From contig CAWBZI010000007.1 of the NCBI GenBank assembly GCA_963793265.1, forward strand, positions 352,001-416,000: 64,000 nucleotides of DNA, read 5' to 3'. Below are positions 10,303 through 20,219 of this stretch, in pieces. This DNA is from an uncultured cyanobacterium. GTDB taxonomy: Bacteria; Cyanobacteriota; Cyanobacteriia; Phormidesmidales; Phormidesmidaceae. The notes under the pieces were generated by a model, which did no database searches, was not told the DNA's origin, and saw only the letters and a program-made list of their open reading frames with translations. A program made the position numbers and the translations under genes. Numbering within the stretch: the first letter of the stretch is position 1; every line of letters starts with the position of its first letter.

Positions 10303-11949
10303 ATGGAACCCTCTTTCTTCAAGCCTCGCAAACGCTTTAATACGCTAGCCAAAGTCTTAGTCGGGATGCTGACTGGGGCTGTTGTAAGCGCGATCGCCTC
10401 CCTTCCCGCCCAAAGCGCCGAGAGAATCCAGTTCTTCGTAGGCCCTTTTGAGCCCACAATATATGTTGACGATCTAGAAACTTTCGCCACCACAGGAGAG
10501 ATTGTTGATCGATTGAAACCTTTTGCCAACCGACTTAATAGCGAACAGAGGCAAGCCTTGAGAGGAATGCTTATGGCTCAATATGACCTGAGCCCTATTC
10601 CAGTCGCGCAGTTCACCTACTCAACGTTTGGCGAAGATCTGCTCAGCAAGCTAGGGCAGGTAGTTCAAACCGATAGCTTTTTAAACGGCATGAAAGGCAT
10701 TCGAGCCTCGCTAATTTTAGCTGCCGCAGACGAAGCGCAAGGCGGCTTCACGCCGATTAATATCCTGCGTCACTTCCCCTCCAACACCATTCAAATCGAC
10801 TTTTCTCTTGCTCAGCGGCTCATCACCGAAAACAACGAGATCTTTAGACGCCGCGATCAGGTCGTTGCCGGTATTAAGCAGCTCGCTCAAGCCCAAGCAT
10901 TAGACAATATCGACCTTTCAAGCACGGGCGATCCACGCTCAGCCGGTCGCTACACCTGGGATGTAAACACGCTCACCTTTCAAAATCCCAATCGAGATCA
11001 AAGCTCTATAGCCGATATATATTTACCTCAAAAGGAGGCCGCAGGCAGCACGCCAGTTGTTATCATCTCTCACGGCGTCGCCTCAGACCGCAAAACGTTC
11101 GCCTACCTATCAGAACACCTCGCCTCTCATGGCTATGCCGTTGCCGCCCTAGAGCACACCGAAACCAGCGCCGAGCGGTTTATGCGCTTTTTGTGGGGGC
11201 AAGAAGGCCCGCCTAGCTCCAGAGACTTACTGCTGCGTCCTCAAGATATTACAGCGCTGCTCGATACGCTTAGCGACCAGCAGGCCACTGACCCTGCCCT
11301 GAAAGATTTGAACCTCAATTCAGTTGGCTTGCTGGGCCAGTCACTCGGCGGCTACACCGTACTGGCCGCGAGCGGCGCGGTCATCGACTCAGACTTTTTG
11401 TTTGACGAATGCGAGTCAGATTTAGGATCGCGGCCTACACTCAATCTCTCTTTGTTTCTACAGTGCACGCTGCTAGATTTGCCTGTCGGCACAGACTTAA
11501 CGGTAGCTGATCCGCGAGTGGCGGCGGTAATTGCGCTCAACCCGGTCACCAGCAGTATATTTGGCCGCTCGGGCCTGAAAGCAGTGCAGGTGCCCGTAAT
11601 GATGATGGCCGGGACAAACGATTTTGTCGCCCCTGCCCTACCAGAGCAGATAGAACCTTTTGACTGGCTAGACACAGAGCATAAGGCGCTTGTCGTTATG
11701 GAAAGAGGCACGCATTTCTCTTTTTTAGATCGAGAAAGCCAGAGCGTTTTACCCTTTTCTCAGAGCTTCACTGGCCCTGATCCCCTAGCGGCCAGAGAGC
11801 CCACGCAAGCGCTTAGCCTGGCTTTTTTCAACAGACATCTACAGCAAAAAAACGACTTTGAACAGTTTTTGAACCAGGCGTATCTCAACGAATTTCCAAC
11901 GGAGCCGTTTCAATTTAGCGTGGTCGATAGCCTGCCGCTAGCAGAGTAA
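10303..11949 (+). CDS. Alpha/beta hydrolase with N-terminal DUF1400-like domain
   Basis: AQSAERI N-terminus, VIISHG, GQSLGG nucleophile elbow, GTHFS. Confidence 0.9.
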   Translation: MEPSFFKPRKRFNTLAKVLVGMLTGAVVSAIASLPAQSAERIQFFVGPFEPTIYVDDLETFATTGEIVDRLKPFANRLNSEQRQALRGMLMAQYDLSPIPVAQFTYSTFGEDLLSKLGQVVQTDSFLNGMKGIRASLILAAADEAQGGFTPINILRHFPSNTIQIDFSLAQRLITENNEIFRRRDQVVAGIKQLAQAQALDNIDLSSTGDPRSAGRYTWDVNTLTFQNPNRDQSSIADIYLPQKEAAGSTPVVIISHGVASDRKTFAYLSEHLASHGYAVAALEHTETSAERFMRFLWGQEGPPSSRDLLLRPQDITALLDTLSDQQATDPALKDLNLNSVGLLGQSLGGYTVLAASGAVIDSDFLFDECESDLGSRPTLNLSLFLQCTLLDLPVGTDLTVADPRVAAVIALNPVTSSIFGRSGLKAVQVPVMMMAGTNDFVAPALPEQIEPFDWLDTEHKALVVMERGTHFSFLDRESQSVLPFSQSFTGPDPLAAREPTQALSLAFFNRHLQQKNDFEQFLNQAYLNEFPTEPFQFSVVDSLPLAE

Positions 11950-11971
11950 CCCTTCTAAACACATAGCCAAC

Positions 11972-12005
11972 AAAAAAGGCGGACATTTACTGAATGTCCG
12001 CCTTT
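11972..12005. terminator. Intrinsic terminator between convergent genes
   Basis: AAAGGCGGACATT-tactg-AATGTCCGCCTTT stem; A-run gives a U-tract on the minus strand. Confidence 0.8.
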
Positions 12006-12064
12006 CCTAATGGCCCTGCTCAAGGCTTTAGTGTGATGAAGTAAAAGGATGAGTCCTCGAAAGC

Positions 12065-12277
12065 CTAGTGATGATGACCGTGACCGTGGCCGCCGTGACC
12101 GTGGCCAAACTTCTTCTTCTTTTTGAACTTAAAGAAGCCTTTCTCCCCGGCCTCATCACCTGCACCGTCTTTAGCCGTTTCATCGACTGAAGCTTCGTGA
12201 TGGCCTCCTGAAACCTCCTCTAGTACGTCATCAGAAACCTGATCAACTGCCTTTGTATCTTTTTTGATGTCTGTCAT
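12065..12277 (-). CDS. Small peptide with a double-glycine leader and Lys/His-rich core
   Basis: MTDIKKDTKAVDQVSDDVLEEVSGG|HHEAS...GFFKFKKKKKFGHGHGGHGHGHHH; followed by a terminator. Confidence 0.75.
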   Translation of the reverse strand: MTDIKKDTKAVDQVSDDVLEEVSGGHHEASVDETAKDGAGDEAGEKGFFKFKKKKKFGHGHGGHGHGHHH

Positions 12278-12432
12278 GTTCTTGCCTATGAGTGTAAACA
12301 ATGGCGCTAAAGAGATAGCTGTTTTCTTGTGTCAGCAACTTCAAGATATGGCAATAACCAGCGAGTATACTGAGGGAACCGTGAGAGAGTCGTAAGAAAA
12401 AAGAGAACTTATTATGAGATAAAAATAGGGCT

Positions 12433-13434
12433 TTATGGAATAGAAGCAACATTTTCAGTATCTTTCATCATTATTTCTGCTTTGGGATCTACATTTTTCG
12501 CGCTGCCAAGACTCGCGATCGCGACCCCCATAATAATCACCACCAAAGTCCCTAGCTGAGTAGCAGAAGGATATTCTCGATTGATTAAAAAAGCGTAGAC
12601 CACGCCAAACACCGGAGAGAGCACCGTCAGTCGGCCCACGATGCGAGAATCTAGATTGTTAATAGAGGCATACCAAAGGAACTGCGCAAAGACAATCACC
12701 ACCAGCGCATAAATAGACATCAGCGCCCAAAGCTGACCGCTGAAAGCATCGGCAAAATGATGAGGGCCAAAGAGCCTGAGCGCAATGAAGAAGAAAATAA
12801 CAGACGATAAAAAATTACGAGAGAACACCACCACCTGCAAACTTGCCGCATTTGCAATCATGAGCCGATTAATCAGTGCTGAGAGCGCAAATACCAGCGT
12901 AGAGAGCAGGATGAGAATATCGCCTTTATTGGTTTGAAACTGGCTGGTTTTGAGTGCGATCGCCACCACCCCCACCGTAATCAAAGAAAACCCAGCCCAC
13001 TCCAGCGGCCTGATCCGCTTGCCCAACACCATCGCCCCCACCAGTGCAAAAATCACCGGGCCGAGTCTTCCGAGCAGCACCGCATTGGTCACCGTCGTCT
13101 CTTGCAAGCCCAAAAAAATAAGCGCCGAGAGCAGCGTTGCCAGCGCTCCATTTAGCAGCAGGCCCAGCTTTACCTTTGGCCTGAGCGCTCTCATATCTGC
13201 CAGCAAAGCCCCAAAGCCAAACCAAAACCCCACCAGCAGCGCGGCAGAGAAATTGCCTACAAACAAAACATTGCAAAATGAAATAGGATGCTGAACGCCT
13301 CCGCTCAGCTCAGCCCCGCTGGTAATCAGCAGCGAAATCAACGCAGGACGCGCTGCCGACAGTGCCCGAGAGGCTACTAGCATCACCTGAGAATTCAGGG
13401 GCTTAGCGGAACGGTCGGCAGAAAAATCACTCAT
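12433..13434 (-). CDS. DMT/EamA-family transporter
   Basis: About 10 hydrophobic segments in two EamA-like repeats. Confidence 0.85.
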   Translation of the reverse strand: MSDFSADRSAKPLNSQVMLVASRALSAARPALISLLITSGAELSGGVQHPISFCNVLFVGNFSAALLVGFWFGFGALLADMRALRPKVKLGLLLNGALATLLSALIFLGLQETTVTNAVLLGRLGPVIFALVGAMVLGKRIRPLEWAGFSLITVGVVAIALKTSQFQTNKGDILILLSTLVFALSALINRLMIANAASLQVVVFSRNFLSSVIFFFIALRLFGPHHFADAFSGQLWALMSIYALVVIVFAQFLWYASINNLDSRIVGRLTVLSPVFGVVYAFLINREYPSATQLGTLVVIIMGVAIASLGSAKNVDPKAEIMMKDTENVASIP

Positions 13435-13567
13435 GGTAGCTCAAACGCAAAGACAAACACTCAACCAAAAAGTGTATGGAGCGAATAAAAGCAGAAGATG
13501 AGAATTGTCTTACAGAGCGCTAAGAAAAGTATAAAAGATAGCAAGGAAATCTTAGGGAGCTGCGCTC

Positions 13568-13703
13568 AAATAAAGTACCGGCAAACCGACAAATATTGCC
13601 CTGGGCATAGCGTGCTATGCCCCTACGTCATCGTCAATTTCTGTAGGGGCTTAGCACTGCTATGCCCGAGGCAATGAACAGCGCTATCAGCGGTACTTTA
13701 TTT
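13568..13703. repeat. Large nested imperfect palindrome containing REP-like GCCCCTAC/GTAGGGGC units
   Basis: Outer AAATAAAGTACCG...CGGTACTTTATTT; inner ATTGCCCTGGGCATAGCGTGCTATGCCCCTAC...GTAGGGGCTTAGCACTGCTATGCCCGAGGCAAT. Confidence 0.75.
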
Positions 13704-13716
13704 AGACGCATGTCCC

Positions 13717-14493
13717 TTATTCCACTTCTCTCAAGATGTATCCCACGCCGCGAACCGTCTGAATCAGACGATTTTCTTCAGTCTCTTGCAGCTTGTTGCG
13801 CAAATAGCGAATATACACTTCTATAATGTTCGAGTTTCCTGTGTAGTCGTAGCCCCACACATTCTCTATAATCTGAGCCCGCGTTAGTACCTGAAAATAA
13901 TGAACCATCAAGTACTCTAATAGGTCAAACTCTTTAGCCGTGAGCCGCACAGGATTCCCGCCTCTAAAAACCTCTCGGGTATTGCGATTTAGCAAAATAT
14001 CTGCGCAGCTTATTGTCGCATCTGATTCCTGTTGCAAATAGCGCTCCGCTAGCTTTGCATTCACCCTTGCCACAAACTCTTCTTTTACAAACGGCAGCGA
14101 AATGCAGTCATCAGCGCCCGCCTTGAACCCGGAGATTCTATCAGCAGCGTCATTGCCATGCGTGAGTAGAATAACGGGTTCTTCACCTTGCCCTGAACGA
14201 ATGCGATCGCATATTTCCAGCCCCGACAGCCTGGGCGGCGACCAGTCCACAACAATCAAATCAGGCGAAAAGCGCTTAACCGCGAGCAGTCCTCTTAAGC
14301 CATCGTGAATAACGCTAACCTGATAGCCCTCAAGACACAGCGCAGTCTGAAGCTCCTCAGCTAGCTCTACAGCACCCGAAACCACCATGATCCGTTTAAT
14401 ATTTCTACGGCGCTGTAAATTTCTAGGTAGCGTATTAGGTGAAACTTTATGCAAGGCTTGAGCGGTCGGCGCTGACTGCAAGGAAGTTACCAT
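13717..14493 (-). CDS. OmpR-family response regulator, NblR-like, atypical receiver
   Basis: Receiver (VVDWSPP) plus winged helix (LTAKEFDLL, IEVYIRYLR, TVRGVGY); acidic pocket and Lys are substituted. Confidence 0.85.
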   Translation of the reverse strand: MVTSLQSAPTAQALHKVSPNTLPRNLQRRRNIKRIMVVSGAVELAEELQTALCLEGYQVSVIHDGLRGLLAVKRFSPDLIVVDWSPPRLSGLEICDRIRSGQGEEPVILLTHGNDAADRISGFKAGADDCISLPFVKEEFVARVNAKLAERYLQQESDATISCADILLNRNTREVFRGGNPVRLTAKEFDLLEYLMVHYFQVLTRAQIIENVWGYDYTGNSNIIEVYIRYLRNKLQETEENRLIQTVRGVGYILREVE

Positions 14494-14708
14494 TAGGTGT
14501 CCTATAGGTTAGATTCCGCAAATATACTAATGTCCCGGCCTCAAGTCACCGCTTCACCCGGAAACGGCCTTTCCAAAATCGGAAAAATGAATGAAATAAA
14601 TCGTCAAAGCACTGATGTCTAAAGCGTTTCCCGTAGATGATTAAAAGAATCAATAGTTCTTCGTTAAAACGGCCTTAAATGCATCATAAACAGGCTGCTG
14701 ATGTGAGA

Positions 14709-15110
14709 TTACCCCATCAAAATCACCGTATCAATCGCATGGATCATGCCATTGTCAGCCTCTATATCTGCGGCTACGACTGTCGCATTCTTCACCTCAA
14801 AATCAGGTTCAATACGTATAGGAATTGGAGAAGTTTCTAGCGAAGGCCAGCTCTCTTTCTCGGCTAGATCAGACTTTCGCAAGCTTCCAGCAACTACGTG
14901 ATACTTTAATATTCGAGCTAATTGAGGCGGATTATCCACCAGCGTTTGCACTGTACCCGGCGGCAGCTTCGCAAAAGCATCATCAGTGGGTGCAAACACC
15001 GTGAAAGGCCCGCCTGTTGCCAGCACCTCGACGAGCCCGGCAGCCTGCACGGCGGCGACTAGCGTAGAAAATCCTTCGGCATTTACGGCAATATCAACAA
15101 TACTTGGCAT
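14709..15110 (-). CDS. cupS: Fasciclin-domain NDH-1MS subunit CupS
   Basis: [11 protein letters not shown] and [10 protein letters not shown] fasciclin motifs; directly downstream of cupA. Confidence 0.88.
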   Translation of the reverse strand: MPSIVDIAVNAEGFSTLVAAVQAAGLVEVLATGGPFTVFAPTDDAFAKLPPGTVQTLVDNPPQLARILKYHVVAGSLRKSDLAEKESWPSLETSPIPIRIEPDFEVKNATVVAADIEADNGMIHAIDTVILMG

Positions 15111-15152
15111 GGTTTTCCTGTTTAATAGTTCTCTTAGGTGCCTCTCTCTAAC

Positions 15153-16445
15153 CTAACGATAATCCTGTGTTTGAATATCCATCAGTCTTGCTTCTGGTCT
15201 CTTAAATCGATCAAGCTGTTGCTCTAGAAACTGACGATTCGCCTTCAAATGCTCTACATTCTCATCATCTAGCGGATAAAGCAGCGCCATTCTTAATGCC
15301 TGAATTACTGCTGAGGTCACGTTGTACATAGAGCGCTGAAACGTAATTCCAAGCTGAATCAGCGCGTCGTCCTCCCCTCGCCCGTGCTGCTGATACATCT
15401 CTACTAGGTAATCTGGCAGAAAGTGCAGCATATCCTGCATGAGCAGCGTCGGCGGAATGCCCGCGCTGCCTACCGGAAAAACGTCTGCATAGAGAATGCC
15501 GTAGTGAAAGTCTTTTTGCTCGGCTGGAACCTGCCCGGCCTGGGCGTTGTAAGACTTTGTGCCTCTAAAGGGGGCAGTGCGATAGAAGACTGCTTCTACA
15601 TAGGGCAAAGCTGCCTCGTATAGCCAGGTAAAGCCCTGAGACTTAGGGATAATCTCAAAGCACTCATTACCAATATAAACGTGGTGGTAGATGGGACGAC
15701 CGGCTACTGCAAAAATGCCGTTTGAAATAAAGTCCATTGCCTCCGGGACAGTGGTCATTTTGCCTTCGTCGTAAAGGTCGCTCATCTCGAAGAATACGGG
15801 GGCCATCACCTCCCAAAACAGTCCTAAATTGGCGTAGTAGGAGAGTCTTTTGACCTGCTCTAAAAACATGTCAGGGAACAGCTTATAGAGGCCGAGCATC
15901 ACCGGATTGTTTTTGAAATAGGCGCGAATGGCGCGATCGCTATTCTCCCTATACTCCTCACTATCTAAATACTCATTAAACTTGGGATTGATATCCTCAT
16001 GCCAGAGCATTGCCTGCATACAGGCTTCAGCAAACTCCATATTCACCCGGTCGTGCCACAGGTGATGAAACAGCTTCGGCAGCTTGCGCTTAACTTCGCC
16101 CTCTTTCATAAAGGCTCGCAGTTCAGGATGCGCATCGCCTACACCGCGCCATATGCGCAAGTCGGCCTCATCTCCCGCATAGGCATTTTGACGATCTAAG
16201 TACTCGTCAGAAATGAAGTATTTGAAGGCGGGTAGAGGATTAAGGAAAACGCGCTCGGCGATATAGAGCAAGTCTCGCCAATAGAAGTCCATCGGCACCG
16301 CGTAGGCTTTGTATATACCGATAATTTGCTTGAGGTTTTCAGGCGTATCGGGCAGCATTGAGCCGCCTGCTTCGAGCCGATGAATAATATCGGCAAATTC
16401 GTGGCTAGAAGGTGGCAGCGTTTTTTTGAGGGTGGCAGTTTCCAT
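15153..16445 (-). CDS. cupA: CO2 hydration protein CupA (ChpY)
   Basis: HRLEAGGSMLPDTPENL, HDRVNMEFAEAC, PFRGTKSYNAQA; ATG 16445. Confidence 0.95.
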   Translation of the reverse strand: METATLKKTLPPSSHEFADIIHRLEAGGSMLPDTPENLKQIIGIYKAYAVPMDFYWRDLLYIAERVFLNPLPAFKYFISDEYLDRQNAYAGDEADLRIWRGVGDAHPELRAFMKEGEVKRKLPKLFHHLWHDRVNMEFAEACMQAMLWHEDINPKFNEYLDSEEYRENSDRAIRAYFKNNPVMLGLYKLFPDMFLEQVKRLSYYANLGLFWEVMAPVFFEMSDLYDEGKMTTVPEAMDFISNGIFAVAGRPIYHHVYIGNECFEIIPKSQGFTWLYEAALPYVEAVFYRTAPFRGTKSYNAQAGQVPAEQKDFHYGILYADVFPVGSAGIPPTLLMQDMLHFLPDYLVEMYQQHGRGEDDALIQLGITFQRSMYNVTSAVIQALRMALLYPLDDENVEHLKANRQFLEQQLDRFKRPEARLMDIQTQDYR

Positions 16446-16500
16446 GGGGGGTTTAGAGAGAGTAGGGAGTGGGGGGTTGGAGGTTAGAGAGCTTAAAAGG

Positions 16501-18015
16501 CTAAAGCGCGTTGGGAGCGCGAGCAGATGAAACGGTTGTTTTGTGTAGTGAAGCTTCAATTGCTGGCTGTATCAGCTTTACAGAGGTTGCCTCGCTCCAG
16601 TGCACTAGCCAGTTAGGCTGAAGTCCTAAGACAACAACCAAAGCCGCTAGTATCAACGCGGGCGTACGCTCGCTGACGGTGACTTTGTTGTAGTTCGCCG
16701 TTTGATTGTTCAACCGACCAAAACAGGTGCGATTGATCAAAATCACGAAATACACAGCCGTTAAGCCGGTACCTACCACACATAAGAGGGTCGCCACTGG
16801 AAACACGCTATAGCTGCCCTGAAAGACCAGAAATTCGGTGATAAAGCCAACCAGTCCCGGAATCCCAGCGCTCGCCATACCGCTTAGTACCAGCAGCGCG
16901 CTCACCATCGGCAGCCCTCGTAGCGGGTTCATTAATCCATTGAGCTGATCGAGCTGCCGGGTGCCGACTTTAGCTTCCACCACGCCAACTAGGTGAAACA
17001 ACAGCGCCAAAATCAAACCGTGAGACACCATCTGAGAAATCGCCCCGACCAGGCTCAGCTCTGTGAACGCTGCGCCGCCGAGCATCACGTAGCCCATGTG
17101 CCCAATCGAGCTGTAGGCCACCATGCGCTTGATGTCTTTTTGGGCGATCGCGGTTACCGCACCATACAAAACGCTCGCCGCCGCCCATACCGCTAACAAT
17201 GGAGAAAGCGCCGCCCAGGCATCGGGAAACAGCCCCAGGCCAAATCGAAAAATCCCATACGTGCCCAGCTTAGCCAATACGCCGCCTAGCATAATCGCCA
17301 CGGGTGGAGACGCACTCACATAGGTATCGGGTAGCCAGGTATGAAAAGGAATCAGCGGAATCTTGATGCCAAAGCCGACTAGCAGTATGGTCAGCAGCGT
17401 GATTTGAGCCGGTAGCGGTAGCTGATTTTGGAGCGCCTGCTCGTAGGAAAAGTCTAGGGTGCCGCCAAGGAGAACCGTGCCGATAAAGCCAGCGAAAATA
17501 AAAGCGCCTGCGATCGCGGTATACAACAAAAACTTCGTCGCCGCATACTCTCGCTTCTCCCCACCCCAAATCGAAACCAAAAAGTAGAGCGGCACCAGCT
17601 CGATTTCAAACAGCAGGAAGAACAACAGCAGGTTTTGTGCCAAGAACGCACCGGCTACACCGCCACTCACCAGCAGCATCAGCGCATAGAAAAACCGAGG
17701 GCGCTCCTGCGTTTTTGAACTGCTGCAAATGGCAATCCAGGTCAGCAAGCTGTTGAGCGCAATCATCATCAGCGAGAGCCCATCAACTGCCAAGTCGTAG
17801 TTTAGCCCCAGCGAGGGTAGCCACGACATAAACTCTCGCATTTGAAAGTCCGCGCTACCCATATCAAACTGCGTGAACAGTCTCATTGTCCAAAGCAGTG
17901 CGGTGCCTGAAAATGCCAGCGCCACGCCTCGAACCTGAGCGGCGTTGAGCTTTAGTGGGAGAAAGGCAATCAGCAGTGCGCCTAATGTCGGCAACCAGAT
18001 TAAGGGGCTCAGCAT
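16501..18015 (-). CDS. ndhD3: NAD(P)H-quinone oxidoreductase subunit 4 (NdhD3)
   Basis: NuoM motifs (IKIPLIPFHTWLP, KRMVAYSSIGHMG); operon context; ATG 18015. Confidence 0.93.
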   Translation of the reverse strand: MLSPLIWLPTLGALLIAFLPLKLNAAQVRGVALAFSGTALLWTMRLFTQFDMGSADFQMREFMSWLPSLGLNYDLAVDGLSLMMIALNSLLTWIAICSSSKTQERPRFFYALMLLVSGGVAGAFLAQNLLLFFLLFEIELVPLYFLVSIWGGEKREYAATKFLLYTAIAGAFIFAGFIGTVLLGGTLDFSYEQALQNQLPLPAQITLLTILLVGFGIKIPLIPFHTWLPDTYVSASPPVAIMLGGVLAKLGTYGIFRFGLGLFPDAWAALSPLLAVWAAASVLYGAVTAIAQKDIKRMVAYSSIGHMGYVMLGGAAFTELSLVGAISQMVSHGLILALLFHLVGVVEAKVGTRQLDQLNGLMNPLRGLPMVSALLVLSGMASAGIPGLVGFITEFLVFQGSYSVFPVATLLCVVGTGLTAVYFVILINRTCFGRLNNQTANYNKVTVSERTPALILAALVVVLGLQPNWLVHWSEATSVKLIQPAIEASLHKTTVSSARAPNAL

Positions 18016-18083
18016 AGTTTTATAGACAAGTTCTAAATTATATTGGCGTTGTTGAAAGATCCTGTGGGGCGCGAGGCGCAAGA

Positions 18084-18107
18084 GGGCGTAAGGTCTTACG
18101 CCCCTAC
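18084..18107. repeat. REP-like hairpin ending GCCCCTAC
   Basis: GGGCGTAAGGTCTTACGCCCCTAC in the ndhF3-ndhD3 spacer; same family as 13568-13703. Confidence 0.55.
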
Positions 18108-18121
18108 CGTTGGGGGGCAGG

Positions 18122-19984
18122 CTAGTGGAGGAGGCCCCAGCTTAGATATAGGCAGATTGCGGCTACAAAAGAGGCAATTGTTAGCGCATAGACCTGCGTT
18201 TTACCGCTGTTGGAATACTTCAGCGCCTCACCACTTAAAAGAGAAGACAGCCCGATGAAATTCACTAGCCCGTCTACTACATAGCGATCTAGCCAGTCGG
18301 TGAACTGAGAGAGTTTATCGACCGCGAAAATGGCGGTTAAGTCATAGATTTTGGGCGTGTAGAAGTCGTAGGCAAGCAGGCGATTAAGGACGGGAGAAAG
18401 CAGCTTTTCTGGTTTCTCTACGCGTCGCAAAATGTAGAAATTAGCCGCGATCGCAATTCCCACCACGCTCGACAAAAACAAAGGCCATCCCAACGCCCAG
18501 CTCAGCGTCACATCCGCCGGGAACAGCGAAAAGTTTCGGATGATAAACGGCATATGCAGCGTCAGTCCGGCCATAGTAGCCATCGGTAAAACAACGAGCC
18601 ACAGCGGCTCGGGCGCGCGGTTTGTCATGGGGGTGCGATCGCCTGCAAACATCAGGCCAAACATCCGCACCAGCGCAAACGCCGCCACCCCGTTAGCTGC
18701 AATCACAACGCCAATAACACCCCACTGACCCTGCGCCTGTAACCCTTCTAAAATCACCATCAGCGACCAAAAACCACCAAAAGGCGGCAGCGCCACCAGC
18801 CCCACAATTCCCACCAAAAAAGAGAATCCTGTCACCGGCCTGGGACGCCAGAGCCCGCCCATCTGAGTCAAATCCTGAGTCACCACATTGAAAAGCACAG
18901 ACCCCGTACTCATCAGCAGCAGCGCTGTTGCCACCGCATGAGTCAGCACCAACAGCAGCGCTGCCGTGGCCTGCCCCGTGCCCACCGCGATAAAAATCAG
19001 CCCCATATAGGCGCTCGCCAGGTAAGAGAGCACCCGCTTCGCATCAATTTGAGCGGCTGCAATCAACGTACCGCCCAGCGCACTGATCGCCCCAATCGCC
19101 ACCGCCACACCAGAGGCCCAGGGCGAAAGCGAAATCACTGGTTCTAGCTTCACCAGCACCCAGGCTCCAGTGGCCACCACCACCGAGTTTCTTAGAATAG
19201 TCGTCGGCAATGGCCCTTCCATTGCCTCGTCAAGCCATAGATGCAGCGGAAACTGAGCGCATTTACTCACCGGCCCAGCTACCAGCGCAATCCCAATCAG
19301 CGCCAGCGTTAGTGACTGCGGCCCGACCTCCATCAAAGGCACCTGCTGCGCCCATTCAGCCAGCTCGCTAAACCGCCAGGTTCCCGTCAGCGGATACAGT
19401 GCCAGCACCCCCATCAACAGAATCAAGTCACCAATCCGCTTTGTCAAAAAAGCATCTCGTGCACCGCTCACCACCAGCGACTGATTAAACCAGAAGCCCA
19501 CAATCAGGTAGGTTCCTAGCGTCAAAATCTCCAACAGAATGTAGCTAAAGAACAGCGAATCGCACAGCACCAGCGCCGTCAGCCCCGCCTCAAACAAAGC
19601 CAGCAGCGAATACATCCGCCCCCAGCCCCAATCCATCTCCAAATAGCCCACCGCATAAACCTGCACCAGCAGATTCAGCACCGTAATCACCACGCTCGCC
19701 CCCAGCGTCAGCGCCGACAGCTCTAGCGGCAAAACCAGGTTCAAGTCAGCGACATGAAGCCAGGAAAGCGTTAAAAACTGCTCGGGCTGATGCCACACCG
19801 CTGCCAGCGCTACGCTGCTATGAACCAGCGCCACCACCGTCAGCAGCAGGTTGATATATCCCACCGGACGGGGGCCAGTGCGGCGAATGAGCGCTGGCGA
19901 CCAAAAAACAGAGAGCGCAGCGCCCAATAGGGGATAGCAGGGAATCAACCAGCTTGTTTGGGCGAAAACGTCAGCATTTATCAT
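18122..19984 (-). CDS. ndhF3: NAD(P)H-quinone oxidoreductase subunit F (NdhF3)
   Basis: RRTGPRPVGY, KCAQFPLHLWLDEAMEGP, YDFYTPKIY; first gene of the cupA operon. Confidence 0.95.
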   Translation of the reverse strand: MINADVFAQTSWLIPCYPLLGAALSVFWSPALIRRTGPRPVGYINLLLTVVALVHSSVALAAVWHQPEQFLTLSWLHVADLNLVLPLELSALTLGASVVITVLNLLVQVYAVGYLEMDWGWGRMYSLLALFEAGLTALVLCDSLFFSYILLEILTLGTYLIVGFWFNQSLVVSGARDAFLTKRIGDLILLMGVLALYPLTGTWRFSELAEWAQQVPLMEVGPQSLTLALIGIALVAGPVSKCAQFPLHLWLDEAMEGPLPTTILRNSVVVATGAWVLVKLEPVISLSPWASGVAVAIGAISALGGTLIAAAQIDAKRVLSYLASAYMGLIFIAVGTGQATAALLLVLTHAVATALLLMSTGSVLFNVVTQDLTQMGGLWRPRPVTGFSFLVGIVGLVALPPFGGFWSLMVILEGLQAQGQWGVIGVVIAANGVAAFALVRMFGLMFAGDRTPMTNRAPEPLWLVVLPMATMAGLTLHMPFIIRNFSLFPADVTLSWALGWPLFLSSVVGIAIAANFYILRRVEKPEKLLSPVLNRLLAYDFYTPKIYDLTAIFAVDKLSQFTDWLDRYVVDGLVNFIGLSSLLSGEALKYSNSGKTQVYALTIASFVAAICLYLSWGLLH

Positions 19985-20072
19985 AGATAGGACTCTATGC
20001 GAGTATAGAAAATTGTGGCGACAATCAATACATAAAATATACCATCGCCAATATCTATTCAGATCAAAAATA

Positions 20073-20104
20073 CTATTGAATAATCTTAATAGTGGTTTAG
20101 GTAT
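20073..20104. promoter_or_regulatory. Putative CcmR (NdhR) LysR-type operator
   Basis: ATAG-N8-GTAT at 20089-20104 (one mismatch to ATAG-N8-CTAT), overlapping a CTATT-N10-AATAG palindrome upstream of ndhF3. Confidence 0.5.
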
Positions 20105-20219
20105 TGCTTATAGACTCGCTTAAAAATGTGTGCTGTAAATCAAGTCCGTAACAATTATTGTTACGAGCTAAGCCACGGTATGTAGGGATGTATGGACTAT
20201 TTTGAGAGGCAGGCGCTAT

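Noticed and set aside
14709..19984. ndhF3-ndhD3-cupA-cupS as a novel system
   Set aside because: This is the well-described inducible NDH-1MS CO2-uptake operon
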